A stretch of DNA of 64,000 nt from the NCBI GenBank assembly GCA_020137815.1, contig CM035350.1:8370001-8434000 (forward strand). The letters are read 5' to 3'. Both the position numbers and the translations under genes were made by a program. The notes beneath the pieces are model-generated. The model saw only the letters and a list, made by a program, of their open reading frames with translations, was not told the origin of the DNA and did not search any database. The stretch is from Hormiphora californensis (lineage: Eukaryota; Animalia; Ctenophora). This document shows, in pieces, positions 39,640 through 61,500 of the stretch; the stretch's first letter is position 1; the number at the start of each line of letters is the position of its first letter.

Positions 39640-42600
39640 ATTCATAAACATTCATAAACATTCATAAATAAATTAAGCATTGTACACAAAGTTTCAGCTC
39701 AAAAAGAGCTAACACTCAGACACCTAAAGGAATCGGGTTTTAATGGGCAGCCAAACAACATAGAAAAGCAAAACACCCCTGAATGATTTACTCTCTGAAA
39801 ACACTCGGATCGTTTCTCCAATCCAACAGGGAGTTACTGTGCTGAACACTATACCCACGAACCGGTGGCTGGTCAGGGATGGTGAACAGATATTTACCGA
39901 GCGACTGCTTTAGCTCGAGTAGGGAAGCTGAAGATCTCACTACCCGAGGCACTGCATTCCATAACTGAGCTCCTTTTACGCCGAATGATGAGTCATAGGG
40001 GCCAGAGATGGATTTTTGGGCCAAGTAGTTATACCGAGGGATTACCGCTCTGGTGCCAAGGCGTGGGTGCTCTGTAAACAAGAGACTCGTACTGTTTGGT
40101 ACTACCTTATGCAAGACCTTCCAGACGTGGATAATTATATATCGTTCTCGGCGCCGTTGAAGGGACAGGATTTTGAGGTGATGGAGTCTGTCCCAGTAAT
40201 TCATGCCCGAACAACTCGCGATCCTGCGGGTGAATTGTCTCTGTGCCTCCTCAACCAGTGCAATATCTGACTTTTTGACAGGGTTCCATAGGGGACAACA
40301 GTATTCAACCTGGGGTCTGACGATGGATTTGAGTAGGGTTAGCATGGTGTCATCCGATCTATCCCGAAACACACTAAGTGCCCAGCCACTCATCCGACGA
40401 GCCTTAGTCGTGATGCTGCCGATATGCTCCGACCATGCACAGTTTGTTGAAACAAGGACTCCTAGGTCTTTGACAGATTCGCTAGGGGATATCGTTTCGC
40501 CTCCAGGCCCGCTGTAGGAGTAGTTTTCATTGGAGAATGGCAGCTCTCTTAACAGTTGGGTGGAGCGAAGAGTATAGTTCATAACTTCAAATTTGTCCTG
40601 GTGTAGGGACATGTTGTTCAGGAAGCGACCGAATATTCGGTTCGGTTCGGTTCGGTTCGGAAATTCGGTGTTTTTTGGGCGGTTCGGTTCGGTTCGGTTC
40701 GGTAGGAAATTTTGGCCGAACCACCGAATTTTTTGGTCAAAAAATGCCCAGAAATCGGGCTTTTTCATGCAAAATTTTTCAATTATTTCACGAAAATTGT
40801 ATGGATTTCAATGTCAATTTCGCCGTATTAACCCTATTTCGAATCGGTAGTGCTATGTGGAAATGATTTCGCTAGTTAGCGGGTTCGATATGGATTGATT
40901 TGATACCTGAATTCCCGTCGAATCGTGTCCTCATGAGAGGGTCAACAAATTCAGAAACTTTTTTTTTCAAAAAATTCATGGAGAGCACCGATCAAGGTGT
41001 TAAGAATCATTCTCTGAAATTTTGTAAAAAAGTTTGGAAAATATTTCAAAGTCAATTTTATGGGAAATTTTCTATGTCAATTTTTGCGTACGAATCGTGT
41101 TTCGAATCGGTATTGCTAAGCGGGAGTGATGTTGCTAATTAGTGGGTCCGAGATGGATTATGCTGATACGTGATCCCCCATCAAATCTAATTAGGAAGTT
41201 TAGGGGAAACGATTCATGTTTCAATAAATCCTGCTAATTAGCGAGAGCACTGCCGCATAGCATCACCGATTCGCAACACGATTCGTACGGCAAAATTGAC
41301 ATAGAATTTTTTTCCCAAATTGACTTTGAAATATTTTACAAAGTTTTTCACAAAATTAAATGTTTCTCTAAAATTTCATGGAGAGCATCGATCAAGGTAT
41401 TGAGAATCATTACCTGAAATTTTGTGAAATTTTTTTTGTGAAAAATATTTTAAGTAAATTATGGTATACGAATCGTGTTTCTAATCGACAATGCTAAACG
41501 GGAGTGATGTTGGTAATTAGTGGGTCCGAGATGGATTGTGCTGATACGTGATCCCCCATCAAATCTAATTAGGAAATTTAGAGAGACACGATTCATGGTT
41601 CGTTTAATCCTGCTAATTAGCAATACCATTCCCGTATAGCATTGCCGATTCGAAACACGATTCGTACGCAAAAATTGACATAGAAAATTTACGATAAAAT
41701 TGACTTTGAAAATTTTTTCACAAAATTGACTTTGAAATTTTTTCAAACATTTTTTAACAAAATTTCAGAGAATGATTATCAATACCTTGATCGGTGCTCT
41801 CCATGACTTTTTAGAGAAACATTTATACAGAAAAAGTTTTGTATGGTTCGGTTCGGTTACCGAAATTCGGTTCGGTTCGGTTCGGTTCGGTTCGGTAAAA
41901 AAGTTTTTCAAATTCGGTTCGGTTCGGTTCGGTGGAAAAAAACCCGGTTCGGTCGTTTCCTGATGTTGTTATCTGTCGCCCAACGTGCAAACACAGCTAG
42001 ACTTTTCTGGAGATCCTCTCTATCATCCAATGACTTGATTGCCTTCCACAGCTTGGAATCGTCTGCGAAGGTGAGGACTGTGCCAGAAAGAAGTGTCTCT
42101 ATGTCTATCATATAGACTAAAAACAACAAGGGACCAATAACTGTACCCTGTGGGACACCACTGATGACCAATTCCTCCCGAGACTGAGCACCATCTACCA
42201 TCACTGTTTGCACTCTTTCTGAAAGGAAGTTGTTGATCCAACGGTGTAGCTGTCCCCGAATACCGTATTTTTCCAATTTTGCCATCAAGACCTTGACATC
42301 GACTTTGTCAAAAGCCTTCTCCATGTCTAAATACACAACATCCACTTCGTGTCCGTTATTCAGTTCTCTCATGACATTATCGTAGTGGTTTAAGAGTTGA
42401 GTCAAGCAGCTTCTGTTCCTCCGGAAACCATGCTGGCCATCGTTGAAGAGCCCATTTCCCTCCAGATGATCGACAACTTTGTTTCTTACAACTCTCTCAA
42501 ATGTTTTAATCATGTGGGAGGTGAGTGCGACAGGCCGATAATTTTTTGCCTCCATTTTGGATCCTTTTTTAAACACGGGTGTTATATATTGGCGTTTAAG

Positions 42601-45404
42601 GCATGTTGGTACGACACCCTCATGGAAAGAACAATCCCAAAGTAACCATAAGGGGTATGCCAACTGTTTCCGGCACTTGGACAGTATAACCGCTGGTATG
42701 TCCCCTGGTGGTGCTCCAGCGTAAGGATCTAACTCAGCCAATGCATCCTCAATACAGCCGGGAGTAAAATCAAGATTGTCCAGTGTGATGGTCGTAGAAG
42801 GAATATCCTTAGTAGCCTCCTCGGCCGAACACTTAGCAGGATCGCTGAATACCCCCACATACTGTGACTGAAGAATGTTTGATTTCTCCAGGGGATCATC
42901 GGTAACTGTGCCATCAGGTCTTAGGAGTGGGGCCACACTAGACTTGATTTTCCGATGCTTGTTCACAAATGACCAGAAAAAACCGTGGATTACATTTGAT
43001 AGTGTCAATAGCCTTTCTCTCTCTTCCTTCCAGAAGCCCAAGGAGGTGAACCTTTATCCTATCACCAGTCTTCTCAATTTTACGGTTAAGCTTATCAATC
43101 AGGGACTGGTAGGAACATCTCTCCCTAGCAAGTTTTAACCGGGAGTTCAACTTTTTCTGCCTCCTTTTCAATCGTTTCAGATAGGGATCCCTCTTCTTTA
43201 AATTGCTAAAAACCTTCCGTTTAGAATGCTTTTCGAACACGCCTAGAACAATCTCTGTAATACATTGGACATAGGCGTGGCCGCCATCTTCCATGTCATA
43301 TGGAGCTAAGTGTTCGTCCCAGTTGATAGCGTCTAGCTCCTCACGTGCCCCGGTGAAGTCAGCATTGTGGTAATCAAGTGCCTTGAACCCTCTAGCAGCT
43401 CGTTTGCAGTCTGACTTAGCCTGTTTCAGCCCAACTCCAGAATGCAAGAAACGAGAGCGTGGTCAGACATTTGGGTCGCCGTTACATCCATGTCGAGGAC
43501 ATAGTCCACTCTATTCGTAAGAACAATGTCCAAGATACTCTTACCTCTCGTGGGCTCCGTCACTAGTTGGGTAAGAAAATTTTTCTCAGCAAATTCAACC
43601 AGGGAGTTACTCTGGTCGGTTGGAAGATTTGACCAGTTTACATGGGGCATATTGAAGTCACCTAGCACAAAAACCTCAGGCGGACAATCACCGGAGGAAT
43701 GGCGTTGAATAAACTCCTCCAGGATTCCGATGACTTGGAGTGGGTTTGATGTGGGGGCCCTGTAAACTGTTGCAATAACGAAGTTTGAGTTAGGAATGTA
43801 GACTGCAACGACACTATTACAGTTATCTGAGAAAGCAACCTGATCAGAGGGGGACAAGGATGAATGAAGATATAGGGCACAGCCACCCCCCACCCTGCCG
43901 TCCCGATCACTGCGTATAATAGAATAACCGGGGATACCCACCTGGGCATCTGAAAATTCAGCCCGCCACCAAGTTTCAGTAATGGCTACGGCCATGGCAG
44001 GAATATCAGAGTTGCAAATAGTGTCTTTAAGATTCTCCAGCTTGTACCTTGTTTCGCTACTAGCACTCGGGTTTAGACTGCGAGCATTTAGCAGCATAAG
44101 TTTGGAAAGGTTGCTGGGAACTGAGGGTTTCTCGGAAGCTAATACGACCGTCTCCCCCTCTGCTGATGAGGGCTGAAGGTGTAACCTGTTCCTGCCGGCA
44201 GTTGAGCCGGTTGGGTGTGTTGGGAGTACAACTGGTCTGGAAGTAGAACTGGTTCTGGCTCTGGACGATTCCTCATCTCTGTTCTCACTATCCCGGCTAT
44301 TGAGTCCCTCAGCCGGTCGAGGACTGCCTCTAAAAAAGCAGCATCTGGTCCAGGTCTCTGATTCTGAGACTGGGACCATTGGACTCCACTCAACACCCTC
44401 GCCCTACTGGGTTCACTTGACCAAGGTCCTGCATCAGGTGCTTGGTTTTGACCTGTGGTTCGTGATTGGGCTGAAGGGATTCTTTCACGGCGGTTCCTCT
44501 CATTTCCAGTCCCACGTGATGTTCCTTCTCCAGGCCTAGTCCTCAGGGTGTCCTTCAAGTGATGTTTGGTACAGCTGAGTTTATAACACTGGTGCCGTAA
44601 CTCGGAATTCTTACATAGTGGAGGATGGAAAAAGTTACATTCAGTGTTCTGGCATCCAACGCTCCTCATAGATCCATAGTTGCAAAACTTTTTGCACAGT
44701 GTAGGGTGAGATTTGGGACAAGATCTGCCACTAACTAGCTTCGTCCCATCTCTCCCGTGTCTGCACCTCCTTTGCAAATAAAACCTACACACTTCGTTTC
44801 CTGGAACACCCCTCTCTCCCTGTTCCGCTGGGTCCGGTAGGTCCTCTCGTTCCTCTGCAGTTCTACTGATGTGCCTTCCCAGGATCTGCTCTCGGTTTGA
44901 ACTACGTCTGGTCGAGTTATGACTAGGATCTGGACCACCGTCAGGTAGATGGCTAGTAAACCTTTCCAGAGTTTGTTTACCGAGGCAAGGGGAGCACACC
45001 CAAATTCGGCTTTTGATAGCAGTGCTGCTGGCCTCTTCTCGTATCTTTGCACAGTTGTGCAGACCGCCACCACAGATGAAGCACCGAGCAGGGGGATTTT
45101 CATTTCTCTTCACGGAATACTTTTCGGTACACTCGCTGCATGTTTGGGGACCAAATCCCTCTATCCGCATGATGATCCAGTCAGCCAGGGTTGTTACTGA
45201 ATGGTATTTCTGCACTCCAGACGCCACACATCTAACCTCTTGGCCAAGGAAGATAGCAGTTGCCTCCAGATTACTAGCTGGGATAGCCTCCAGTTTGCTG
45301 AGGTTTTCCTCATAGTCCAGAGAAGGGTCATAAACTTCAATAACCTCCTTAACCGGTGTTCTGGCATCCTCTTTCAGCTCAGAGAGTACAGCAGCAAAGA
45401 CGGC
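39640..45404 (-). mobile_element. CR1-group LINE: ORF1 (PHD + CCCH fingers), ORF2 (APE + RT, frameshifted), (TTTATGAATG)n tail
   Basis: ORF1 'CSEC...CFICGGGLHNC...WVCSPC' plus CCCH repeats; APE 'LLNARSL...AITETW...GDFN...LDIVL...SDH'; RT 'NYRPVALTS...LDMEKAFDKV...GVPQG...FADD'. Frame changes occur near 43440 and 43000, and the 10-bp tandem tail is at 39640-39670. Confidence 0.93.
40619..41962. mobile_element. hAT-like non-autonomous element inserted in the LINE RT ORF
   Basis: TIR CAGGAAGCGACCGAA / TTCGGTCGTTTCCTG; 8-bp TSD ATGTTGTT (40611-40618, 41963-41970); subterminal (TTCGG)n. Excision restores 'WATDNNMSLHQDKF'. Confidence 0.92.
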
Positions 45405-45503
45405 GAAAGTTGCCTTGAAATCAGCTGTCCCAATGGGGGACCCAAGATATCTCACACCATCAACCGTGATCACAACTCCTGTTCCATCAAATGCTTCGGC
45501 CAG

Positions 45504-45740
45504 CGTTAAAATCTGGGTGTTTCGTGAGTGCTGACAAACGGTTTTTTAGGGTTAGGGCAAAAGTAGGGTTAGGGTTAGGGCTGGGGTTTGAGTTGGGGTT
45601 AGGCCTTGACATTTCCTACCAGATAAACTTTGAATTAGCCAAAACGGTTGAGTGGTTTGGCGGTTAGAGCCATTTTAGTGAATCAACTTTTTTGGCAGCG
45701 CGCACCTGTAAACAGGCCACCAAACACCCAGATCGTAACG
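45504..45740. mobile_element. ~240-bp mini-element with imperfect TIRs, TTAGGG-like array and CCTGT...ACAGG hairpin
   Basis: CGTTAAAATCTGGGTGTTTCGTG...CACCAAACACCCAGATCGTAACG; internal TTAGGGTTAGGG runs. Confidence 0.7.
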
Positions 45741-46024
45741 GCGCCCAAATGCTTCCTGTGCCCGACTGAGAGCAAAATAGAAAAACTGAGAAAATAGTGC
45801 GCGGCGTATAACGCGCAAATCAATAACGCGCAACAGGTTCTTGAAATTTTCACTTTGTAAATATTTTTGGTAGATGAACAAATGTATACTTTCAATTTAA
45901 ATTTGGTCAAATTTAAAACTGGTAAACCGTTATAAATATAAGACTTGGTAACGTTAGACTAAAAGTAAAAAGACACACACACAGATCTGTACACACAAAA
46001 AAGGGTTTCATTAGAGTCTCTGTC

Positions 46025-54632
<8,608 letters not shown>

Positions 54633-55732
54633 ATTGTCTAGGAGGGGAGATATAGATTAGGGGTAGTTGAGCAGGTGATACAAAGGACTGAAAATTTGAT
54701 ACACAACGCAACGTCTTTTTTCCCTGTGAGCTATAACAGATGTGATGACAGCTTGGGAATTTTGGAAAGACTCCATACTCTCACTAAGCTATTATGTTGG
54801 TTACATAGACACATGTGCGAGATCGAGCTCACTCGAAGCGAGAATAAGTGAAAATGGTACCAATTGCTTGGCAGGCGCTCAATAGGATCCATATTCATGT
54901 ATATTGTATACCAGAATAATACACAATAGTTAAAATAGTAGGCTGGAGTTCCTGTTATAAAATAACAGCAAGTAAGCGTAAGCGAGGCACTTAAAGTGCC
55001 AAATGGACAGACTGCGTAGCATGGCAAGATTTCACTCCATACAAGCCCTAATACGCAAATCAATACACATACACACACATAGTGTACATACATTGCAGTG
55101 CAGGTATTGTGTAAGCGCCAAGAACAAGCATCACTTGAGGCGGACGCGGGTTGTACACAATCAGTGTAATTGTATAATACGCAATTCAAAGTGTTTGTTT
55201 GTTTGGGAGACAGCTAGCAGCCGATAGTGTACAGCTACACATGCCATCAATGCGGTACACACTATATAATAATAACTAAACATCACAAGCATGTATCGGA
55301 ACTAGTAATTAGGTGAACAGGGAGGGGTGTCTGGGTAATGTTCTCTCTCTGCTCACAAGGGAGAACTATGGGCGATACAGCTTGAGCTACTAGCTAGACA
55401 CTCACAGACATGTGATTGTTGACGTAGAAGCAATTATCATTACTCAGAGCTACATCGAAATGATTGTCGCAGTAGAATGTGTGTCAGACAATTCTACACA
55501 CTGTCATTGCCAATGGGCTACAAATGACATAGCGTCACTAGCAGCATGTGCATTTTGCGGAAACATGAGCAGCAAATGACAGCAGAGCTAGGAACAACAT
55601 TGGGTATCATACCTACTGTAAGAAGAATGACGTGAAACTGAGCTGCGAAGGTATTAGATCATCAAAAGACGCCTCCTCCCCGTAATTCCATCATCAAGTG
55701 TGCCTGCTGAACGCCTCCTCCACAGCCGCTGT

Positions 55733-55855
<123 letters not shown>

Positions 55856-56124
55856 ATCACTCTCACTCTCTCTCTCTCTATCTCTATAATGTGGCCTTGA
55901 GTCAGAGTGTGTTGTGCTTGTTGCTCTGTATCAAGTCTCAACTAATGTCAGTGAGGTCAGAGAGATGGGTGAAGTGTCGGTAATGGTCGCTTCGTAGAAG
56001 GAGATTTAAAACTGTTATACCACTGGTATAACAGATTACCGGTATGACCTCAGCATAACAAAGATTATAACGTCTAACTTAGATTCTAAGTTCCTTACAT
56101 TTTCCCAATTCCCAGGTCGGAGGT

Positions 56125-56763
56125 CCCCAGTTCCCAGTCCCCAGTTCCTGAGTTTCCAGTTCCCAGTTCCTGAGTTCCCTAGTTCCCTAGTTCCCTAGTT
56201 CCCTAGTTCCCCAGTTCCCTAGTTCCCTAGTTCCCTAGTTCCCCAGTTCCCTAGTTCCCTAGTTCCCTAGTTCCCTAGTTCCCTAGTTCCCTAGTTCCCT
56301 AGTTCCCTAGTTCCCTAGTTCCCTAGTTCCCTAGTTCCCTAGTTCCCTAGTTCCCTAGTTCCCTAGTTCCCTAGTTCCCTAGTTCCCTAGTTCCCTAGTT
56401 CCTTAGTTCCCTTCCCTTCCCTTCCCTTCCCTTCCCTTCCCTTCCCTTCCCTTCCCTTCCCTTCCCTTCCCTTCCCTTCCCTTCCCTTCCCTTCCCTTCC
56501 CTTCCCTTCCCTTCCCTTCCCTTCCCTTCCCTTCCCTTCCCTTCCCTTCCCTTCCCTTCCCTTCCCTTCCCTTCCCTTCCCTTCCCTTCCCTTCCCTTCC
56601 CTTCCCTTCCCTTCCCTTCCCTTCCCTTCCCTTCCCTTCCCTTCCCTTCCCTTCCCTTCCCTTCCCTTCCCTTCCCTTCCCTTCCCTTCCCTTCCCTTCC
56701 CTTCCCTTCCCTTCCCTTCCCTTCCCTTCCCTTCCCTTCCCTTCCCTTCCCTTCCCTTCCCTT
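56125..56763. repeat. Compound satellite (GTTCCCTA)n followed by (CCCTT)n
   Basis: About 33 octamer units then about 70 pentamer units. Confidence 0.95.
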
Positions 56764-57225
56764 CTTTAACAGTTCCAAAGAGCATTTCAGATAATGTGTT
56801 GAAAAGTGAATATTTGAAGAACTTGCTGCGCGTTTTTTATTTGCGCGTTTTAAGCCGCGCGAAAATCATGCACTCTTCGCGTTCGACTAAAAAAACAAAA
56901 AAATTGCACCAAATTTTTTAAAGTTTTTTTAGAAATCTCAAATTTTGAAAAGCGCTGCCTTATCCTGATCCAACAGGGTCAGCAGCGTTTTCCAATCTCA
57001 AATTTGACTTTTGATATCTTACAGTCCCCTCATGGGCGCGATTCACACTTCATACTTTTTGACGGGTCTACACTGTTTCGTTCGCAATGGGCAGTTCTCT
57101 AGTGCGCTATGAAACATATCATAGTTGCTAGGAGCATCGAACACGCATTAGGAAGTGTCTGCTTCGTAACAGCCGTGTAGCTACATGTATAGTCATACAG
57201 GTAATCTTGGGGAAGTGGGCTGGTT

Positions 57226-58480
57226 GAAACTTGAAACTTGAAACTTGAAAAATAATTGAGGCTATCAAACAAATGACCACCTTTCAACTCAACTGTCCTT
57301 TCCTCGCTCATCACTTCTAAACTCAACAAATTTAGTTTCAATTCTCAGTGGTCCCTGGTGCTTCCACCACCTCCTTCCCACGAATGAAGTAATGTTTTCC
57401 AGGAGACCTTTGCACCATTTTCTTCAGTCGATCAACAAGCTGTCTTCTCTCATTTCGTTCCTCCAAAGTCCTGTCAGGCGAAATGAAGACCTTATCGAAC
57501 TTGCCGGTCCTTTTTACTAAAAAGGACCGGCAAGTTCGACTAAAAAGTTTTTAGTCGGGATTTTTTCGACAGGATCGACATCTGAGCGTCTCTGCCCTTC
57601 AGTACGACTTTCACTGGTCTGACAGTTAAAGACTGCCTTCCCAAGCGCTCCACTGATTTCACGTTCTGAGTCTCTCCTAGCTCAACAAGAAGAGACTCTA
57701 CTTGAGTTTCAAGCTCCACGCTACTATTTATTGACTCTTCCAGGCCATGGATGATGATGTTACACCCACGGTCCTCAGAGGCTGCCACAATCGCTGATTG
57801 AATTTTCTTTGGCGCCAGCGCCGAGGCACATTCTTCCTTCAAAACGGAGGAGAAGCTCTTCAGTTCTTGCTGTGCCGTTGACTGCACAGCTGTAATCTCA
57901 ACCTCCCTCTTTTCAAGCAACTGCCTCTGGATATTGAGCAGTTCCTCTTGCGCCGCTACTAGGTCTCGTTGAGCTTTAATTAGCTCCTTTCCGTGCTGTC
58001 TGAGCTCCTCTTCGCACTCTCTAACCATCATACTTTCACAACCCTTGTCACGCAACTTTTGAATTAGTGGGAATGTCTGTTCAAGCAAAATACCACACGC
58101 CCTCTTAGTAAAATCTAGCAGCTTTTTCTTCGACAGCGTATTAAGCTTGCTCGTAGACGGAACCTCCAAATCATCCCAGGTAGCCCTTGGTGGAGGACCA
58201 GTTCCATATCTCACTAAATCTGGGTTACTGTATCCAAACCCTGAACACTCCGACAACAAGTCTTTTACCCAATATACTGTATCATGTTGGCAGTCGTTAA
58301 CATTCCTCCTATCAATATCAGTAGCCGGTTTCCCAGGATGAGCCACCAGGTAAATCCGAGGAGTTGCTTCTTCTTCATTATCAGTATTTACCATTTTCTT
58401 TCTGCCCCTCGTGGGCTGTTACATCAGCTTTATCCTAAAACTCAAATTAATTTGTTTAAAGTAGTGTTGAAAAGTTTGAA
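57226..58480 (-). mobile_element. ORF1-only LINE-like element with (TTTCAAG)n tail
   Basis: ORF from 58394 has a coiled coil plus 'RGCNIIIHGLEES...VERLG...RPVKVVL'. After a small insertion it continues as 'FDKVFISPDRTLEERNERRQL...HYFIRG' to a stop at ~57339. A 7-bp tandem tail follows at 57226-57250; there is no ORF2. Confidence 0.72.
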
Positions 58481-58507
58481 CGCATTATAATTTTAAGTAG
58501 CTGAGCA

Positions 58508-61500
58508 ATGTCAGAAACCCCTGCATGGTACGATACTGAGGAAGAAGCTGAAACTGCAACTGGATTCACTGAGATAACGGTAAAATTTACAAAATAACTC
58601 TCTTCTTATTATTTGGGATGACCGTAATATAAACGTCTTTTCAGCCGCTGCTAACTCAACAGAGAGTCCATCATGAATCACCGACCATTATTGAGGTATG
58701 TGGATAATGAAATAGGCACACTTGCATTCATTTCACACAAAACATTATCTACCGGTCTTTCTTCAGAGCTTGGATTATGACCGATGTCCTAACAAACCAT
58801 ATATGGAGCATATCAGCGCTAAGAGTAAAACTGTAAGTAAATAAGCAGCCAGAGGCAGCGTCAGGATTTCAAGTTTGTTCGAGACATAGACAAGTTTAGT
58901 CTCAATTTCTCTGCAGATCATTCGGTTGTTAGAGCTAAAAGATTGGATTATGTTTGGAGTTATTGGAATACTCACTGGCACAGTTGCTTTTGCCATTGAT
59001 ACCTGTGTGAAAGAGCTAACTAGACTGAAGTTCGATTTCTCAGTATGTAAGTATCATTTGTTAGAGCACCGAAGACCTCCACTTCTTCAAAAAGTATTCT
59101 GTATTGCATGAACTCTTCTTCTCTAAACCTGCTCTTGCCAATAAGTGTTACTTCTGCCGCTAGACACTGATTTGATTTATCACTTCTGTTTCAGTTGATT
59201 CAAAGTTCTCCCATGTGTTTATGATTCCTCTACTGATATTCGTATTAATTTCTACTGGATACTGTCTAATTGCTGCCATATCTGTAGCGATAACGGTAAG
59301 AGATACTCATACCTACATAGTTAGAAGTGGGTAATTTGATCAATAACCTCATCCACATTCTAGCCTGAGGCAGCAGGCAGTGGAATACCGGAGATAAAAT
59401 GCTACTTAAACGGAATAAGGGTAAGTCATACGGCGTAATGAGTAAAGACCGGTCTAAGAGATACTCAGCTGACGTATCGTAAAGTAGAGTTAACTATTTC
59501 TATGTCTTAGCTGCCCAAAGTAGTCCGGATGAAGACCCTGGTGTGTAAAGCTTTTGGAGTTCTCTTCAGTGTCGCTGGAGGTATGTAAGATATATGTACA
59601 TTGTGTCAGGTGGCTGATATCCCTTCTTTCTAACCCTGGTCATCTAAAAGGGGACTTTATAATCTGTGGGCAACTGCTGTGAAATCCTCCTCTAGGTTTG
59701 CCATGTGGAAAAGAAGGGCCTATGATCCACAGTGGGGCAGCTATCGGAGCAGGAATTCCTGAGGTTAGATGACCATTTCCTAATAATCGATTTGAAACGG
59801 GCGGAATTTTTGATCGGTTGACGTAGAGATAAGTCATTATATATGTTTCAGGGACTCAGCAGGCTAATCAAAAGGTTTGGTTACAAGAATTACTTTTTCG
59901 CGGAACACGACGATCGATTGAAGAGGGATTTCATTTCGGCTGGAGCCGCTGCTGGTGTCTCTGCTGCCTTTGGGGCGCCCCTAGGGGGAGTTTTGTTCAG
60001 CTTGGAGGAGGGGAGCAGCTTTTGGAACCAGGCGCTGACCTGGAAAACTGTAAATATCTCTCATTGTTTGATATCTAATTCTCATATCTCATGATCATCC
60101 TTTGGTAACGAAATTACATCACACTTCGCGACAAAGCTTCGTAGGGGTCGCTTGGCGCACGGGCAAGGGATGGGTAACTTCCTGACTAATGATATGTTTT
60201 CAGCTGTTTTGCAGTATGTGTAGCGCATTCGTGCTGCAGTGCCTCCAATCCATTGTAGGAGAAATGAAAGTGGGGATTAGCTCTAAGTATGCGGGCCTCA
60301 TCAACTTTGGAAAGTTCACCGTGAGTAATATACTCACTGAGTATAAAGAAATGCTCAGCTTTTGTAACAGTAACCATCTCCAACCAATACCATGTTACCT
60401 ATGTTATACATGAGTATTGAGTAGCTATTAGCTACATACGTCACTTACAGCCCTACTAGTACTAGCTACTAGTACTAGCTATAATAATTCAGCGCTGTGT
60501 ACTTTCATTTCCCTCGCCCCGTACCACACCCTGCAGTGTCTAGATGGAGATGACCAATGTCTGTTATGGGGTCTCTCCGATCTGGTGGTATTTATTGTGA
60601 TGGGAGCAGTCGGGGGCCTTCTTGGGGCGGCCTTTAACCAGCTCAACCTGTACTTGACTCAGTTCAGGTTCAAACATGTCAACCCTAGGGGACGACTTGT
60701 CAGGTGAGGGACGACTTGTCAGGTGAGGGAAGACTTGTCAGGTGAGGGACTACGAGAATTATTCTGCCGTTTTAACGTAAAAGGCACTAAGTCATTTTTT
60801 TCCATTTCGAGATATTCGCCTTTAAAGATTTTTGCTCTTACTCATTGTAAAACGCAGTAAGTCAGCAAAATTTCACACAGACGCGTAAAACGCAGTAAGT
60901 CACATGAACTTTTTTTAGAGGGCTTGACTTACTGCGTTCTACCCCAAAACTGACTTACTGCCTTTTACGACGTTATGAGTGGACAAAAATAGCATCTTTA
61001 CACACGAACCCCTGACACACCAAGACTGAGGTCCCGATCAGAGGTTGATCAAATAATTTTGGAAAAAATAATTAAAATAATTAGAACAAAGTGGATCAGA
61101 ATTTAAACTAATTTATTGGAAACAACTTAACTTAACAAAATATGTACAATGTTTGTCAATCAGCCTTTAGTTCTGTGTCTTAACTGTCTTTTAATTGGCC
61201 GACAATTGAGCATTGTCAATGCCTCTCCGTGTCTAGTTTCTTACAATCACCCAGCCTCACTTTCTGTCCCTGTAATTCACTCTCTTTTCAAATCGTACAT
61301 ATTTCTCTGAGAAAGAAAGAGAGAGTGAGAGTCGAGAGAGTGTGAGAGAGGGGAGACCGGAGAGAGATCAGAGAGATAGAGATCAGAGAGCGAAAGAGAG
61401 AAAGAAAGAAAAGGGGGCCCGAAGTGATTAAAGAAGATAGAAAAAAAGAAAAAGGAGAAAGAGGGGAGAGATAGAGAGAGAGAAGAAGAGAGAGAGAAAA

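Larger units (their letters stand above)
38245..45503 (-). mobile_element. 5'-truncated CRE-like RLE retrotransposon split in two (45503-45405 and 39639-38245) by a LINE insertion
   Basis: Joining the two parts gives continuous 'AEAFDGTGVVITVDGVRYLGSPIGTADFKATF|VSGKVDEWCIQVELLSAIA'. Downstream are the zinc-knuckle 'CACG...HCLSC...RHN', the RLE motif 'RLDVSARGVW...DIRVFN...HEQEK' and a polyA tail at ~38245. Confidence 0.88.

Noticed and set aside
44139-45473. 444-aa ORF as a novel host zinc-finger gene
   Set aside because: It is a chimera of a CRE RT fragment and a 5'-truncated LINE ORF1.
45545-45603. True telomere or chromosome-fusion site
   Set aside because: The repeats are short, degenerate and enclosed within a small inverted-repeat element with other copies in the window.
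56387-56785. (GKGRE)n ORFs
   Set aside because: Translation of the (AAGGG)n satellite.
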